A stretch of 35,434 bases of DNA from Gemmatimonadota bacterium (lineage in GTDB: Bacteria > Gemmatimonadota > Gemmatimonadetes > Gemmatimonadales > Gemmatimonadaceae). The DNA lies in contig JANMLN010000005.1 in assembly GCA_031372565.1 (NCBI GenBank), forward strand, positions 1 to 35,434, read 5' to 3'. The notes under the pieces were generated by a model. That model was not told the origin of the DNA and did no database searches. It worked only from the letters and a program-made list of their open reading frames with translations. Positions 17,204 through 29,406 of this stretch are shown here, piece after piece (position 1 is the stretch's first letter; every line of letters starts with the position of its first letter). Made by a program: the position numbers and the translations under genes.

Positions 17204-19525
17204 TCAGGCGCTTTCGGCGCGCTCGTCGTCGTGCGCGTCCTTGCTGGCGCGCGCCGCGTCCCATCGATCGCCCGGCCACCAGTTCCACTTCCCTGCCAAT
17301 CGCAGCAGCGCCGGCCCGATGGCCATGCGGATGACGGTGGCATCGAGGAAGACGGCCGCCGCGAGCGCGAAGCCCATCACCTTGACCAGCAGGAGTTCGC
17401 CCAAGGTGAAGGCGGCGAACACCGCGACCATGATGGCGGCCGCGCTGGTGATGACACCGCCGGTCCGCGCGAGTCCCTCGACGAGCGCTTCTCCTTCGTC
17501 GCGACCCAGCTTGCGCGCCTCGGAGACGCGCGCGACGAGAAAGACCTCGTAGTCCATGCTCAGCCCGAACACGATGCAGAACACGAGAACGGGCAGACTG
17601 GGAAAGAGGCCCGTGGCGGGACCGTCGAGCCCCACGAGGCTGGCCCCGTGTCCGTCGAGGAACACGACCGTCACCGCGCCGAACGACGCCATGACGGCGA
17701 GGAGGTTGAGGATCACCGCCTTGATCGGCACCATGATCGAGCGGAACGCGACGAACAACGCGATGAGCGTGCCGAACACGACGAAGCTGACCACGAGGGG
17801 CAGCTTGGCGTTGATGAGGTCCTCGTAGTCGGCGTTGAAGGCCGGCAGCCCACCGATCTTCATCGTGGCGTTGGTGGTGCCGGCCAGCGACGACACGCCG
17901 CGCTTGCGCAGGTCGCGCACCCAGCTCGTCACCTGCTGGTAGTCGACACCCGGGGCGGGCTGCACCTCGAGGAGCGCGAGTCGGCCATCCTGTGACGCAA
18001 ACGTCTGTCGCACGGTGGCGGGGAGGAGGCCCAGCAGCAGCTGGTTGGGGGGTCCGTAGTTGACCAGTCCCGGCAGTGACCGCACGCGCGCCGTGCGCGG
18101 GTCCGCCTCGATCGACTTGGCGAGTGTGCTCACCGCCGTCCAGCCGTCGCCTTCGAGCACGGACTGGCCGGGCGGCACTTCGACGAGCACACGCAGCGCG
18201 TACACGATGCCGCCGTGTCCCATCGCCATCAGATCCTCGAGGGCCGTGGCCGACTCCATCGAGCGTGGCAGGAAGTCGTACTTCGGCATGCGCGTCTCGA
18301 GGCGCGTCGCCTGCCATGCGAGGAGCACGACCGGCGGCAGCGCGATGGCCAGCACGATGAGCGGACGGCGGACCACCGCCCGCGCGAACGTCCACCAGCG
18401 CCCGGTGTTCGACGCGACCGGCACGATCGTGGCGCCACGACGGCGTCGGCGTTCGAGCATCGGTGCGGCCCAGACCAGCAGCGCGGGGAGCAGCGTCATC
18501 GAGAGCGCCATGCTCATGAACACGACGACGAGCCCGCCAACGGCCATCGAGCGCATCTCGTTGAGCGGCACGAGCAGCAGTCCGATGAAGCCGATCATCA
18601 CCGCCGCGCCGCTCACCAGGATGGTGTGGCCAGCGGCCGTGGCCGCCGTGGCCGCCGCCGACTCGCGGTCTTCGCCCGCCGACACGGCCTCGCGGAAACG
18701 CGAGAGCATGAGCAGCGCGTAATCGACGCCGAGCCCGAGCCCGAGCATCGTGGCCATGTTCTGCAGCAGGATGCTGAGCGGGAACAGGTGCGCGATGAGC
18801 GCCACGAAGCCCAGCGTGAGCGTGATGGCCAGCACCCCGATCACCACGGGCATGAGCGCCGCGATGAGCGCGCCGAACGCCGCGAGGAGCAGGAGCAGCG
18901 TCAGCGGCAGGACGCGTGCCTCGGCCACCTTGATCTCGTTCGACGAGAGTTTGCGCAGGTCGGCGTCCAACGCGAGGTCGCCCGTCCAGCGGAGGCCGAG
19001 CCGCGGCCACTGTTCGTGCAGTTCGCCGATGAGCGCCCGCGTGCGCGCGCGCAGCGTCTCGATTCCTGCCTGCTTGTCCTTCTCCGCGAAGGAGATGCCG
19101 GCGAGGATGATCGTGCCCTGCGCGTCCTTGGGGACGAAGAGCGGGTCGCGCACGTCGAGGTACGACAGCGTGCGCGTGAGGCCGGGCGTGCCGGCCAGCC
19201 CCTTGGTGATCGCGACGAGCGCATCGCGCCCCATCTCGGTCGTGGGCGAGGGAATGCCCGTGGCCACGAGGACGATGTAGTGCCCGAACGGCGATGCGAA
19301 TCGTTCGCCGAGCGCAATCTGCACATCCGCCGACTCGGAGCCGGGAATGCGTGCCCCGCCAGTGAGGCGCTCGGACACGTGCAGCGCCGACGGCGCGAGG
19401 AGCGCGATGATCACCGCCCAGACGACGGCGATCCATTTGCGCTGGGCCACGATCCAGCGCCCCGCAGCCCCCGACGTGCGGCGGCGGCTCGGGCCACGCG
19501 AGGACGAGCGATGGGACTGACGCAT
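17204..19525 (-). CDS. MMPL family (RND) transporter
   Basis: GLGVDYALLMLSRFRE, AGHTILVSG, FGLSMDYEVFL, GGVITSAAAIM, LDATVIR, WNWWP. Confidence 0.95.
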   Translation of the reverse strand: MRQSHRSSSRGPSRRRTSGAAGRWIVAQRKWIAVVWAVIIALLAPSALHVSERLTGGARIPGSESADVQIALGERFASPFGHYIVLVATGIPSPTTEMGRDALVAITKGLAGTPGLTRTLSYLDVRDPLFVPKDAQGTIILAGISFAEKDKQAGIETLRARTRALIGELHEQWPRLGLRWTGDLALDADLRKLSSNEIKVAEARVLPLTLLLLLAAFGALIAALMPVVIGVLAITLTLGFVALIAHLFPLSILLQNMATMLGLGLGVDYALLMLSRFREAVSAGEDRESAAATAATAAGHTILVSGAAVMIGFIGLLLVPLNEMRSMAVGGLVVVFMSMALSMTLLPALLVWAAPMLERRRRRGATIVPVASNTGRWWTFARAVVRRPLIVLAIALPPVVLLAWQATRLETRMPKYDFLPRSMESATALEDLMAMGHGGIVYALRVLVEVPPGQSVLEGDGWTAVSTLAKSIEADPRTARVRSLPGLVNYGPPNQLLLGLLPATVRQTFASQDGRLALLEVQPAPGVDYQQVTSWVRDLRKRGVSSLAGTTNATMKIGGLPAFNADYEDLINAKLPLVVSFVVFGTLIALFVAFRSIMVPIKAVILNLLAVMASFGAVTVVFLDGHGASLVGLDGPATGLFPSLPVLVFCIVFGLSMDYEVFLVARVSEARKLGRDEGEALVEGLARTGGVITSAAAIMVAVFAAFTLGELLLVKVMGFALAAAVFLDATVIRMAIGPALLRLAGKWNWWPGDRWDAARASKDAHDDERAESA

Positions 19526-19587
19526 CGGGAGCGGGGGACGGAACCGGCTGGTGAGTCACCCGGTATACCCCAAGATGCCCGGCCGCG

Positions 19588-19616
19588 TTGCCGTGCACAG
19601 GCCCCCCCCGTACAAT
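19588..19616 (+). promoter_or_regulatory. Sigma70-type promoter for a leaderless transcript
   Basis: TTGCCG-17 nt-TACAAT, 6 nt before ATG 19623, no SD. Confidence 0.65.
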
Positions 19617-19622
19617 CACTCC

Positions 19623-20729
19623 ATGCGTCCCGTCTTCTCCCGACTCCTCGGGTCGGCCGTCCTTGCGATCGGTGCGGCCTGCGTGGACGTACCCCTGGAT
19701 CTGGTCCGCCCCCGCGTGGGTTCGGTGACGCTGATCTCGGCGGCCACGCAGGTGACGCAGGTGAGCTCGGAGGCCGTCAATCCGCAGCTTCGCGTCCTCG
19801 GGCCGGACAGCCTGCCGCTGCGTGGCATCGAGGTCCGCTTCGCCACCCCCAACGAAGGCGCGAGCGTGACCCCCGCCATCGTCCGGACCGACTCGCTGGG
19901 TATCGCGCAGCCGTTCGCCTGGACGGTGAGCGGGACCCCGGGGACCGACACCCTCGTGGCAACGGTCGTGGGCGTGGGCGCCTACCGCTTTCTCGCCACC
20001 GTGACGCCACCCTGTGTCGGCACGACCCCCGCACTGGTCGGCGACTCGATCAACGGAGCGGTGACGACGTCGGGCTGTCTCACGGGAGGAGGCCGCCGCG
20101 CCACGGCGTACCTGCTGACCAACCCGGCACCCACGCTGCCGTACAGCGTCGTCATGCGCATGACAGGCACCGGCTATCGCGGTCGCATCGACCTGCAGCG
20201 CAACGGCCTGCCGATCGCGTCCTCCGTGTTTGACACGAGCACGACGCCCGCCACCCGCTCGGGGCTGTCGGTCTTCCTCCCGCCCGGCGGCGTCACCCTG
20301 CTCGCACAGTCCGAGACGCCGGCGTCGACGGGCGCCTTCGGGCTGCAGACGAGCGGCGCGGTGATCTATGTCGGCTGCGCCAACAACGTGTTCCTCGTAC
20401 CGGGGGCCTCGTCGACGCAGTCGATCGACGACACCGGCTGCCAGTTCCGGGACGCGAATGGCAGCACCTACTACGCGCACCGCTATCGCATCCGCATGGC
20501 GGCAGGGCAGCGCATCGTCGCGCGCATGAGCTCCACGACGCTCAGCTGCTTCATGCTCTTGCTCGATCCCTCCGGCGAGAACATTCTCGTGCAGGAGAAC
20601 TTCGGCACGACAGCGGCCTCGACCCTCGCCTTCGTCGCGCCCTCGACCGGGTACTACGTGCTCGCCACGCTCTCGGCGTCCGCGCCGCGCGCAGTGGGCG
20701 GTCCGTACACGGTCAGCGTCGACCCGTAA
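19623..20729 (+). CDS. Lipoprotein with Ig-like and PPC-like beta domains
   Basis: Lipobox IGAA-C; invasin/Big-like VRVLGPD..GIEVRF..RTDSLGIA..GTDTLVATV; two Cys-containing beta-sandwich repeats (AGQRIVARM, GYYVL, GPYTVSV). Confidence 0.75.
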   Translation: MRPVFSRLLGSAVLAIGAACVDVPLDLVRPRVGSVTLISAATQVTQVSSEAVNPQLRVLGPDSLPLRGIEVRFATPNEGASVTPAIVRTDSLGIAQPFAWTVSGTPGTDTLVATVVGVGAYRFLATVTPPCVGTTPALVGDSINGAVTTSGCLTGGGRRATAYLLTNPAPTLPYSVVMRMTGTGYRGRIDLQRNGLPIASSVFDTSTTPATRSGLSVFLPPGGVTLLAQSETPASTGAFGLQTSGAVIYVGCANNVFLVPGASSTQSIDDTGCQFRDANGSTYYAHRYRIRMAAGQRIVARMSSTTLSCFMLLLDPSGENILVQENFGTTAASTLAFVAPSTGYYVLATLSASAPRAVGGPYTVSVDP

Positions 20730-21663
20730 CGCCCCGCGCCGCGACATCCTTCACCAACTCGGCGTGGAGGTGCGCATAGCTGTCGAAGCGCGCCCGCGTG
20801 ACCGAGATCCCGACCGCTTGCCGCACGGCGCACCCGGGTTCGGCCACATGCACGCAGTTGGCAAATCGGCAGAAGCCGAGTGCGGTGCGGAACTCGGGGA
20901 AGCAGGCGCCGAGGTTTTCTGGCGGCAGCCCCCAGAGGCCGACTTCGCGCAGTCCCGGCGTGTCGATGATGGCGCCGCCATCGGGCAGTGGATGCAGGAA
21001 GGCGCCCACCGTCGTGTGTCGCCCCTTGTTCACGCTCTCGCTGACTTCACCGACGCGGAGGTTGAGGCCGGGATACATGGCGTTGAGCAGCGACGACTTG
21101 CCCACGCCCGACGGGCCCGTGACCACGGAGGCGCGCGCCGCGAGTGCCGCGTGGACTTCCTCGAGGCCAATCTCCGCCTTGACGCTCACGAGGTGCACCG
21201 GATAGCCGGCATCGGAATACGGCTTGAACCGCTCGCGCGCCGCGGCCTCACCCACGAGCTCCACCTTGTTGATCACCACGCGCGCGTGCAGCTCGTTCGC
21301 CTCGGCGATCACGAGGAAGCGATCGAGCATCCGCTCGTGCGGTTCCGGGTTGGCAGCGGCAAAGACGCACACGACTTGATCGACGTTGGCTGCGAGGACG
21401 CGCTCGCCATGGCGACCGCCCGGTTCGCGCCGCGCCAGCACGGACCCGCGCGGCGCGATCGCGCTGATCGCCCAGGAGCCGCCATCGGCGTCTTCGATGG
21501 TCACGCGGTCGCCCACGGCAAGCTTGTGGATGCCGCCGTCGTCCTCGCGTCCCTGCTTGAGCCGACCGCGCATGGAGGCAGTGACCGTGTCGCCCGCCTC
21601 GGTGCGCACGCGCCATTGGCCCCCGGTGCCCGCGACGATGCGTCCTTCGTGGGTGATGCTCAC
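20713..21663 (-). CDS. rsgA: Ribosome small subunit-dependent GTPase A
   Basis: ANVDQ, INKVEL, GPSGVGKSSL, GRHTT, DTPG, zinc motif CRFANCVHVAEPGC. Confidence 0.96.
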   Translation of the reverse strand: MSITHEGRIVAGTGGQWRVRTEAGDTVTASMRGRLKQGREDDGGIHKLAVGDRVTIEDADGGSWAISAIAPRGSVLARREPGGRHGERVLAANVDQVVCVFAAANPEPHERMLDRFLVIAEANELHARVVINKVELVGEAAARERFKPYSDAGYPVHLVSVKAEIGLEEVHAALAARASVVTGPSGVGKSSLLNAMYPGLNLRVGEVSESVNKGRHTTVGAFLHPLPDGGAIIDTPGLREVGLWGLPPENLGACFPEFRTALGFCRFANCVHVAEPGCAVRQAVGISVTRARFDSYAHLHAELVKDVAARGVTGRR

Positions 21664-22064
21664 GCGGTCGGTCCGTCGGCTGGCCGCACCGCAAGCCAGC
21701 GGCGCGAGTCGGCCTGCTCCGGTGGCTGCTGCGCGATCAGGCGTTCAAGTTCGGCGCGCACGTCGGCGAGTGTGAGGGCGCCGAGTGCGCCGAGCGCGGA
21801 GCTCTCGTCGGTGCCATGCGCGAGGAACGCCGACTCGAGGTGCCCGGCGATCCCCTGTTCGCCCATCCGCTTCCAGCGCAGGAAGAAGAGATAGGCGCCC
21901 ACGGGATGGGCAGCGTCGCCCGTGGTATCGGTGCACAGCTCGACCGAGTACGAGCAGCCATCACTCCCCTCGAACGCGGCCGGTCGATCATGCACCGCGC
22001 GGTAGCCGCCGATCGTGTTGGCGTCGCCCTTGGTGGGGTCGGCCGGGAGGTGACGCCCAGCCAC
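21660..22064 (-). CDS. Conserved hypothetical protein
   Basis: 134 aa (HDRPAAFEGSDG, YLFFLRW, GHLES), tightly packed between the proline dehydrogenase gene and rsgA. Confidence 0.75.
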   Translation of the reverse strand: MAGRHLPADPTKGDANTIGGYRAVHDRPAAFEGSDGCSYSVELCTDTTGDAAHPVGAYLFFLRWKRMGEQGIAGHLESAFLAHGTDESSALGALGALTLADVRAELERLIAQQPPEQADSRRWLAVRPADGPTA

Positions 22065-22067
22065 GCG

Positions 22068-23003
22068 CTACTGGGAGCCGCCGAACATTTCCTTCATCAC
22101 GTTGGCGGTGATGAAGGCGACATTGGCCGGCCGCTCGGCGAGGCGCCGCATGAGGTACGGATACCACTGCGTGCCGAAGGGGACGTAGACGCGCACGCGG
22201 TAGCCGTCGCGTACGAGCGCTTCCTGCAGGTCGCGGCGCACACCGTAGAGCATCTGGAACTCGAAGGTGTCGCGGCCGATCTTCTGGCGCTCGACGAACT
22301 GCCTGGCCGCGGCAATGATCTCCTCGTCGTGCGTGGCGAGGCCGGGGTAGTGTCCGGCCGACAGGAGGCGCTGCATGCACTGCACGTAGGTCTTGTCGAC
22401 GTCGGCCTTCTCGGGGAAGGCGACGGTCGCCGGCTCCTGATAGGCGCCCTTGCAGAGCCGCACGCGGCACTGGAGTTCGATGGCGCGCTCGACGTCGGCG
22501 GCGGTGCGGCGCAGGTACGACTGGAGCACGATGCCGACCTGACCGCGGTAGTTCGGGTAGAGGCGGTCCTCGAAGAGCTTGAGCGTCTTGTCGGTGTAGG
22601 CGCTCGACTCCATGTCGAGGCGCACGAAGGTGTCGTACTCGCGGGCGCGGTCGAGGATCCCCCGCATGATGTCGACGCACAGCTCCTCGCTGATGTCGAG
22701 ACCCATGGCCGTCAGCTTGAGCGACACGTTCGCGTTGAGCTTCTCGCGATGAATCGCGTCGAGCAGGTCGAGGTACTCCTTCTGCTGCACCCGCGACTCG
22801 GCTTCGGTGAAGACGGACTCACCCAGCAGGTCGAGCGTGGCCGAGATGCCCTTGGCGTTCAGGTCGCGCACGGCCGCGATGGCGGTGGCGATGGTTTCGC
22901 CCGCGACGAAGCGGTTCGCGAAGGAGCGCGCGAGGCCGTTCGAACGGACGAACTTGAAGATCTGGGGCTGGTTCGAGAGGTAGAGAAAGGTCTGGCGAAG
23001 CAT
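22068..23003 (-). CDS. putB: Monofunctional proline dehydrogenase
   Basis: RFVAGE, DLLGE, RLDME, RLCKGAY, ATHD, FQMLYG, YVPFG, RRLAERPAN. Confidence 0.95.
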   Translation of the reverse strand: MLRQTFLYLSNQPQIFKFVRSNGLARSFANRFVAGETIATAIAAVRDLNAKGISATLDLLGESVFTEAESRVQQKEYLDLLDAIHREKLNANVSLKLTAMGLDISEELCVDIMRGILDRAREYDTFVRLDMESSAYTDKTLKLFEDRLYPNYRGQVGIVLQSYLRRTAADVERAIELQCRVRLCKGAYQEPATVAFPEKADVDKTYVQCMQRLLSAGHYPGLATHDEEIIAAARQFVERQKIGRDTFEFQMLYGVRRDLQEALVRDGYRVRVYVPFGTQWYPYLMRRLAERPANVAFITANVMKEMFGGSQ

Positions 23004-23052
23004 GCGGTGCGGCTATGAGAGCGGGTTCCCGGTGGGCGGGAACATGGGGGGC

Positions 23053-23087
23053 GGGAGAAGCAGGTCCTTCGCTGCGCTCAGGACGAC
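23053..23087 (-). repeat. REP-like element
   Basis: GGGAGAAGCAGGTCCTTCGCTGCGCTCAGGACGAC, 13 nt downstream of the M14 stop. Confidence 0.85.
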
Positions 23088-23100
23088 CGGGGGAAATATG

Positions 23101-24792
23101 TCAGGGGACGGGGGTCAGCGGCACAACGGGGGCGTTTTCCGCGGCGCGCACGGGGTAGGCTTGGCCCACATCCAGCCGGTTGTCGAGCGCATTCCAGGTG
23201 ACGAGGCCGTCGTCGCTCTCGGGCTCCAGCAGCAGCGCGGCAATGCGCGCGAACCGCTGCCGGCCGCTCACCCAGTAGCTGCCAGCGGGAAACGCCTGAT
23301 TCGTGGGTGACCCCGTACGCACCACGAGCCGCACCTCGCGATGGCCCTGGAACGGACGCGCGGCGCGCGAGATCGAGTCGACGGTCCACTCGCGCGTACG
23401 CAGCGTGCCGGCGCGGCCGAGCACCGACACGGCGACATCGTGCAGGCGGAGCGCCGTCACGAGGGCGGTGTCGCGCGCATCGAGCAGCCAGCCGGCCGGC
23501 AGCGCCTGCGACCGCGTCGGGTCGAACCGGTCGAATACCGGGAGCGACTGCGTGCGGAAGCGGCCGCTGCGCCGCAGCCCCAGCGGAACGCCAGGCTGTG
23601 AACGGACACCGGTCGAGTCGCGCAGCAGGTCTTCGCTGATCACCGGCAGCGTGCGCCCCTTCGTGGTGAGCGCGCTGCGCAGCGCGAACGTGGCGCCGCT
23701 GGCCACCGCGCGATCAGCGGCCGCGCCACGCGCGCGGATCCCCTTGGCGTTCGCCGCGAACGCACCCAACACCTCGCGCACGAACTCGGTCATCGCCTCG
23801 ACGCGTCGCGCGAACGGGTCGTGCGAATACGCCTCGGCGAGGATGCTCACGCGGTTGCGGAGCCCCATGTAGTTGGTGCCGAACCGGGGACGATGATCGT
23901 ACGTATACCACCCCTGCTTGACGGTGTCGGTGGTGACGTCGCGCCCGTACTCGTTCGAGAAGTTGCCGTAGGTGAACGTCCGGATGCCGGTGCGCTTCTC
24001 GAGCTTCGAGGCCACGGACGGCAGCAGTGTGTCGCGCACGTACGGCGTGAGCGGGCTCGACGGGTGCAGCGACGGCGACCAGGTGAGCGCATACCCGTGG
24101 TAGCTGCCATCCGTGGTGTGGAGATCCATGAACAGGTCCGGGTCCCAGCGGTTGACGGCCGCATGGAAGGCGCGCGTTTCGGGCGCCTCGGCCTTCACGT
24201 AGTCACGGTTGAGGTCGAGCCCCTGAGCATTCGGCCGCTGTCCGACCGCTTCCGGTCCGTTCTGCTCCGTGCGGTTGAGCGACTGATCGGCAAGCCGCTC
24301 ATTCCCGTCGGCATTGTAGATGGGCACGACCACCAGCACGATCGAGTCGAGGAGGGTGCGGCCGCCGGAGCGTGCGAGCTCCCGCAGCAGCGCCTGCATC
24401 GCCTCCTTCCCCTCCACTTCGCCGGCATGGATGTTCGCCTGCACGTACGCCACCGCGCGTCCGAGCCTGCGTGCCTCGGCCGGCGTGCGCACCGCAGGGC
24501 GCGATGCGATCACCAGCGGCAGCCATCGCCCTTCGTGCGACCGGCCGAGCGAGTCGAGCACGAGCGGACCACCGGCGACGACGATCGAGTCGAGGAAGGC
24601 GCGCACATCGTCGTACGTGGACGTCTCACGGAACCCCGAGCGTTCGGCGCGGGTCTTCGGGCCGCCCGATGCACGCGGCGCCTGTGACGCCGTGACGGGC
24701 AACTCGCCGCGCCCCGTACCCTGTGCGACGCTCGACGTGGCGAAAACGGGGATGAGCACGGCAGCCAACAGCAGGAACCGATGACGCGACAT
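23101..24792 (-). CDS. Secreted M14 zinc carboxypeptidase
   Basis: Signal peptide; NIHAGEVEGKE, YNADGNE, DLNRD, DLHTTDGS. Confidence 0.92.
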   Translation of the reverse strand: MSRHRFLLLAAVLIPVFATSSVAQGTGRGELPVTASQAPRASGGPKTRAERSGFRETSTYDDVRAFLDSIVVAGGPLVLDSLGRSHEGRWLPLVIASRPAVRTPAEARRLGRAVAYVQANIHAGEVEGKEAMQALLRELARSGGRTLLDSIVLVVVPIYNADGNERLADQSLNRTEQNGPEAVGQRPNAQGLDLNRDYVKAEAPETRAFHAAVNRWDPDLFMDLHTTDGSYHGYALTWSPSLHPSSPLTPYVRDTLLPSVASKLEKRTGIRTFTYGNFSNEYGRDVTTDTVKQGWYTYDHRPRFGTNYMGLRNRVSILAEAYSHDPFARRVEAMTEFVREVLGAFAANAKGIRARGAAADRAVASGATFALRSALTTKGRTLPVISEDLLRDSTGVRSQPGVPLGLRRSGRFRTQSLPVFDRFDPTRSQALPAGWLLDARDTALVTALRLHDVAVSVLGRAGTLRTREWTVDSISRAARPFQGHREVRLVVRTGSPTNQAFPAGSYWVSGRQRFARIAALLLEPESDDGLVTWNALDNRLDVGQAYPVRAAENAPVVPLTPVP

Positions 24793-24821
24793 GAAGAGTC
24801 CTGTGGCGCGAGCCAGGCCCA

Positions 24822-26009
24822 CTAGAAGGCCTCGCCCACGGTGATGGAAAAGGTGCGCGAGTTGCGGCCCACGCCGTAGTCGAGACGCAGGTGCAGGCGA
24901 TCCGGCAGCGTGATGGCATACCGGAGCCCGAGCCCACCGGACGCATGGGCTTGATCGCTCGAGAAGCGTGTGATGTCGGGCGCGGTACCTGCGAGCGTCG
25001 AGAACGCCACGAAGCTCACGCGCCGAAGGTCCTCGAACACGCGGAAGGGTGCCGACCGATACTCGACCTGCACGGCCGCCGCCTGTTGATCCCGGAACCG
25101 GCCAATGAGGTAACCGCGCGCGATCGACTGTCCCCCCAACTGCGGCAGACGGTCAAATGGCACGCGGCCATCGGTGAGATCGACCCAGCCCTGCATGGCC
25201 AGCAGGTGTTCACCAACGATCCGTCGGTAGTGCCGTGCATCCAGCGTGAGGCGGCTGTACGCGTGGGTGGAGCCGAGCTGTGCCAGGGCCGCCGATGCTG
25301 TGAGCGACGCGAAGGTCCCGCGCGACGGCCAGTAGAGTCGGTCTCGCGTGTCCGCGTTGGCCAATACGCCGACCGTCACCAGCTTCCATCCGTTCTGGCC
25401 ATCGGTGCCGCTCAGGAACGAGCCGGGCGCCACGTCGGCCATGAGCACGTCGTCGTACGCCACGTGCAGGCCGCCGTAGATCCCCGACGCGATCAACCGT
25501 TGCGCCGTGATCGACAGCGCACGCGTGGTGGGTGTGTATGTCTCGCCCGAATCGATCGAGAATGCGCCGATGCCGTAGAAGCGGTACGGGAATCTCGACA
25601 AGGTGCCGTCGATGGTGACGTGCCATTCGTTTCGTGGCGTCCAGATATCCGCGTTGCCGGCGAGCGTGAACTGCCCGTTGCGCGTCGCGAGCAGATCCAC
25701 CGCATAGTTGGACGGGCGCGTGATCTGATCACGGTGGCCCTTCACCCAGAGGGCGCCGATGCCGCCGCCAATGCCGGTCTCGGGGGTGTAGAAGAGGCCC
25801 GGCAGCACGAGGGGTCCGATGGACGTGGGCGCGGCGGTGTCGCGCGCCACGCGCACGATCGTGTCGCGCATGGTCCGCGCCATCGTATCCGGCGCGACCG
25901 TCTTCGCCGTGTCGGGTGTCGTCTGCGCGGCAGCCGCAGACGAGACGGCACCGAGCAGCCCCGCAACCGCGGCCGCGCGGCACGTGCGATGCATCAGACG
26001 AAGGCTCAA
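24822..26009 (-). CDS. BamA/TamA (Omp85) barrel protein without POTRA domains, paralog 2
   Basis: FYTPETG, DTRD..WP, ARGYLIGRFRD, LRLDYG, C-terminal GEAF; TTG start overlapping the upstream TGA. Confidence 0.85.
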   Translation of the reverse strand: MSLRLMHRTCRAAAVAGLLGAVSSAAAAQTTPDTAKTVAPDTMARTMRDTIVRVARDTAAPTSIGPLVLPGLFYTPETGIGGGIGALWVKGHRDQITRPSNYAVDLLATRNGQFTLAGNADIWTPRNEWHVTIDGTLSRFPYRFYGIGAFSIDSGETYTPTTRALSITAQRLIASGIYGGLHVAYDDVLMADVAPGSFLSGTDGQNGWKLVTVGVLANADTRDRLYWPSRGTFASLTASAALAQLGSTHAYSRLTLDARHYRRIVGEHLLAMQGWVDLTDGRVPFDRLPQLGGQSIARGYLIGRFRDQQAAAVQVEYRSAPFRVFEDLRRVSFVAFSTLAGTAPDITRFSSDQAHASGGLGLRYAITLPDRLHLRLDYGVGRNSRTFSITVGEAF

Positions 26010-27253
26010 AACGCTTCACCCACGGTGAAGTAGGTGGCGGTCGAGCCGGGCCCCCATCCGCGATCAATGCGCAGGTGCAGTCGATCCGGCTTGGTGAGCG
26101 CGATCCGCAAACCGACTCCACCGGCCAGCTGAAAGTTCTGCATCCGGAAGTCCTGCATGCGCGGTGCGACCGTGCCCGTCGACGCGAAGACGACGCCGCC
26201 GAGACGCCACCACAGGTCCTTCTTCTGGTCGAACCACGGCGCCGATCGATATTCCGCCGTGAAGGCGGTGGCAAACTGGTCGCGGAAGCGCCCCTGAAAG
26301 AAGCCGCGCACCAGGTCCTTGCCACCCAGGCGGGGCATGCGCTCGAACGGGGGCGTGCCGCCCGTTGCGCCATCGGCGAACCACTGCAGCGCGATGACGT
26401 GCTCGCCGGCGAACGCCTGGTACAACCGTGCGTCGAGGACCGCGCGATTGTACCTGAACTCGCTGCCGAGCAGAGGATCGGCGCGCGTGAGCTGGAGCGT
26501 GGCGAAGGCGCCGTGCAGCGGGTAGTAGTAGCGATCGCGCGAGTCGTAGGTGAGCAGCGCACTGAGCGTCGAGAGGTACCAACCCGTCGGCGCTCCGGAC
26601 ACGAGTCCCTGCTGGATCGGGCCTGCCTTGATGTCGGAGAGCTTCGTGGCTTCGGCGAAGTAGCGCACGCCGACGAACAGCCGTGGCGCGACGCGATGCA
26701 GCCCCGTGAGAATCAGGCGCACCGTGCTCGGCACGAACTTCTCCGGCGGATTCAGGTTCGCGTCCGGTCCGATGCCGAAGAACTTGTTCGGCGCGCGCTG
26801 CACGGTGAGTTCGCTCGTGAAGCGGTTGCGATTCCCCTCGGTCCAGATGTCGGCGTTGGCCACGAAGCTGAACTGCGACGTCTCGGTGGCGAGCACCGAG
26901 GTCTGGTACGTGGTCGGGCGCTGTCCGGAAATGTCACTGGAGCGCACCCAGACCAGACCGGCGCCTCCCCCGTAGCCCGTTTCCGGCGAGTAGATGACGA
27001 TGGGCGACACGAGGAGGCCGGTACTGCTCACGAGTCGACCGGTGTCCTTCGGTGCGTTCGACGCGCGCGTACCCGTGTCGACCGGCGCACGCGCGGCCGT
27101 CGTATCGCTCGCCTGCGCCCCCGCCGGCATCGCCAGCGCAACACCGAGCGCGACACCCAGCGCGACACCCAGCGCGACACCCATGGCGGCGCCGCGTGCG
27201 ACTGTTGCCCACGAACGGCATACCGTCCGCGACGGTCGAGCCCGCATCGACAT
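26006..27253 (-). CDS. BamA/TamA (Omp85) barrel protein without POTRA domains, paralog 1
   Basis: IYSPETG, YDSRD..YP, VRGFFQGRFRD, LRIDRG, C-terminal GEAF. Confidence 0.85.
   Translation of the reverse strand: MSMRARPSRTVCRSWATVARGAAMGVALGVALGVALGVALAMPAGAQASDTTAARAPVDTGTRASNAPKDTGRLVSSTGLLVSPIVIYSPETGYGGGAGLVWVRSSDISGQRPTTYQTSVLATETSQFSFVANADIWTEGNRNRFTSELTVQRAPNKFFGIGPDANLNPPEKFVPSTVRLILTGLHRVAPRLFVGVRYFAEATKLSDIKAGPIQQGLVSGAPTGWYLSTLSALLTYDSRDRYYYPLHGAFATLQLTRADPLLGSEFRYNRAVLDARLYQAFAGEHVIALQWFADGATGGTPPFERMPRLGGKDLVRGFFQGRFRDQFATAFTAEYRSAPWFDQKKDLWWRLGGVVFASTGTVAPRMQDFRMQNFQLAGGVGLRIALTKPDRLHLRIDRGWGPGSTATYFTVGEAF
27134..27181. repeat. 12-bp tandem repeat x4 encoding GVAL in the signal peptide
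   Basis: (C/G)AGCGC(A/G)ACACC at 27134, 27146, 27158, 27170. Confidence 0.85.
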
Positions 27254-27261
27254 CGCCCGAA

Positions 27262-29403
<2,142 letters not shown>

Positions 29404-29406
29404 CGG

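Noticed and set aside
17064..20747. 1227-aa minus-strand ORF
   Set aside because: Arg/Gly/Ala-rich off-frame shadow of the MMPL and lipoprotein genes, typical of high-GC DNA.
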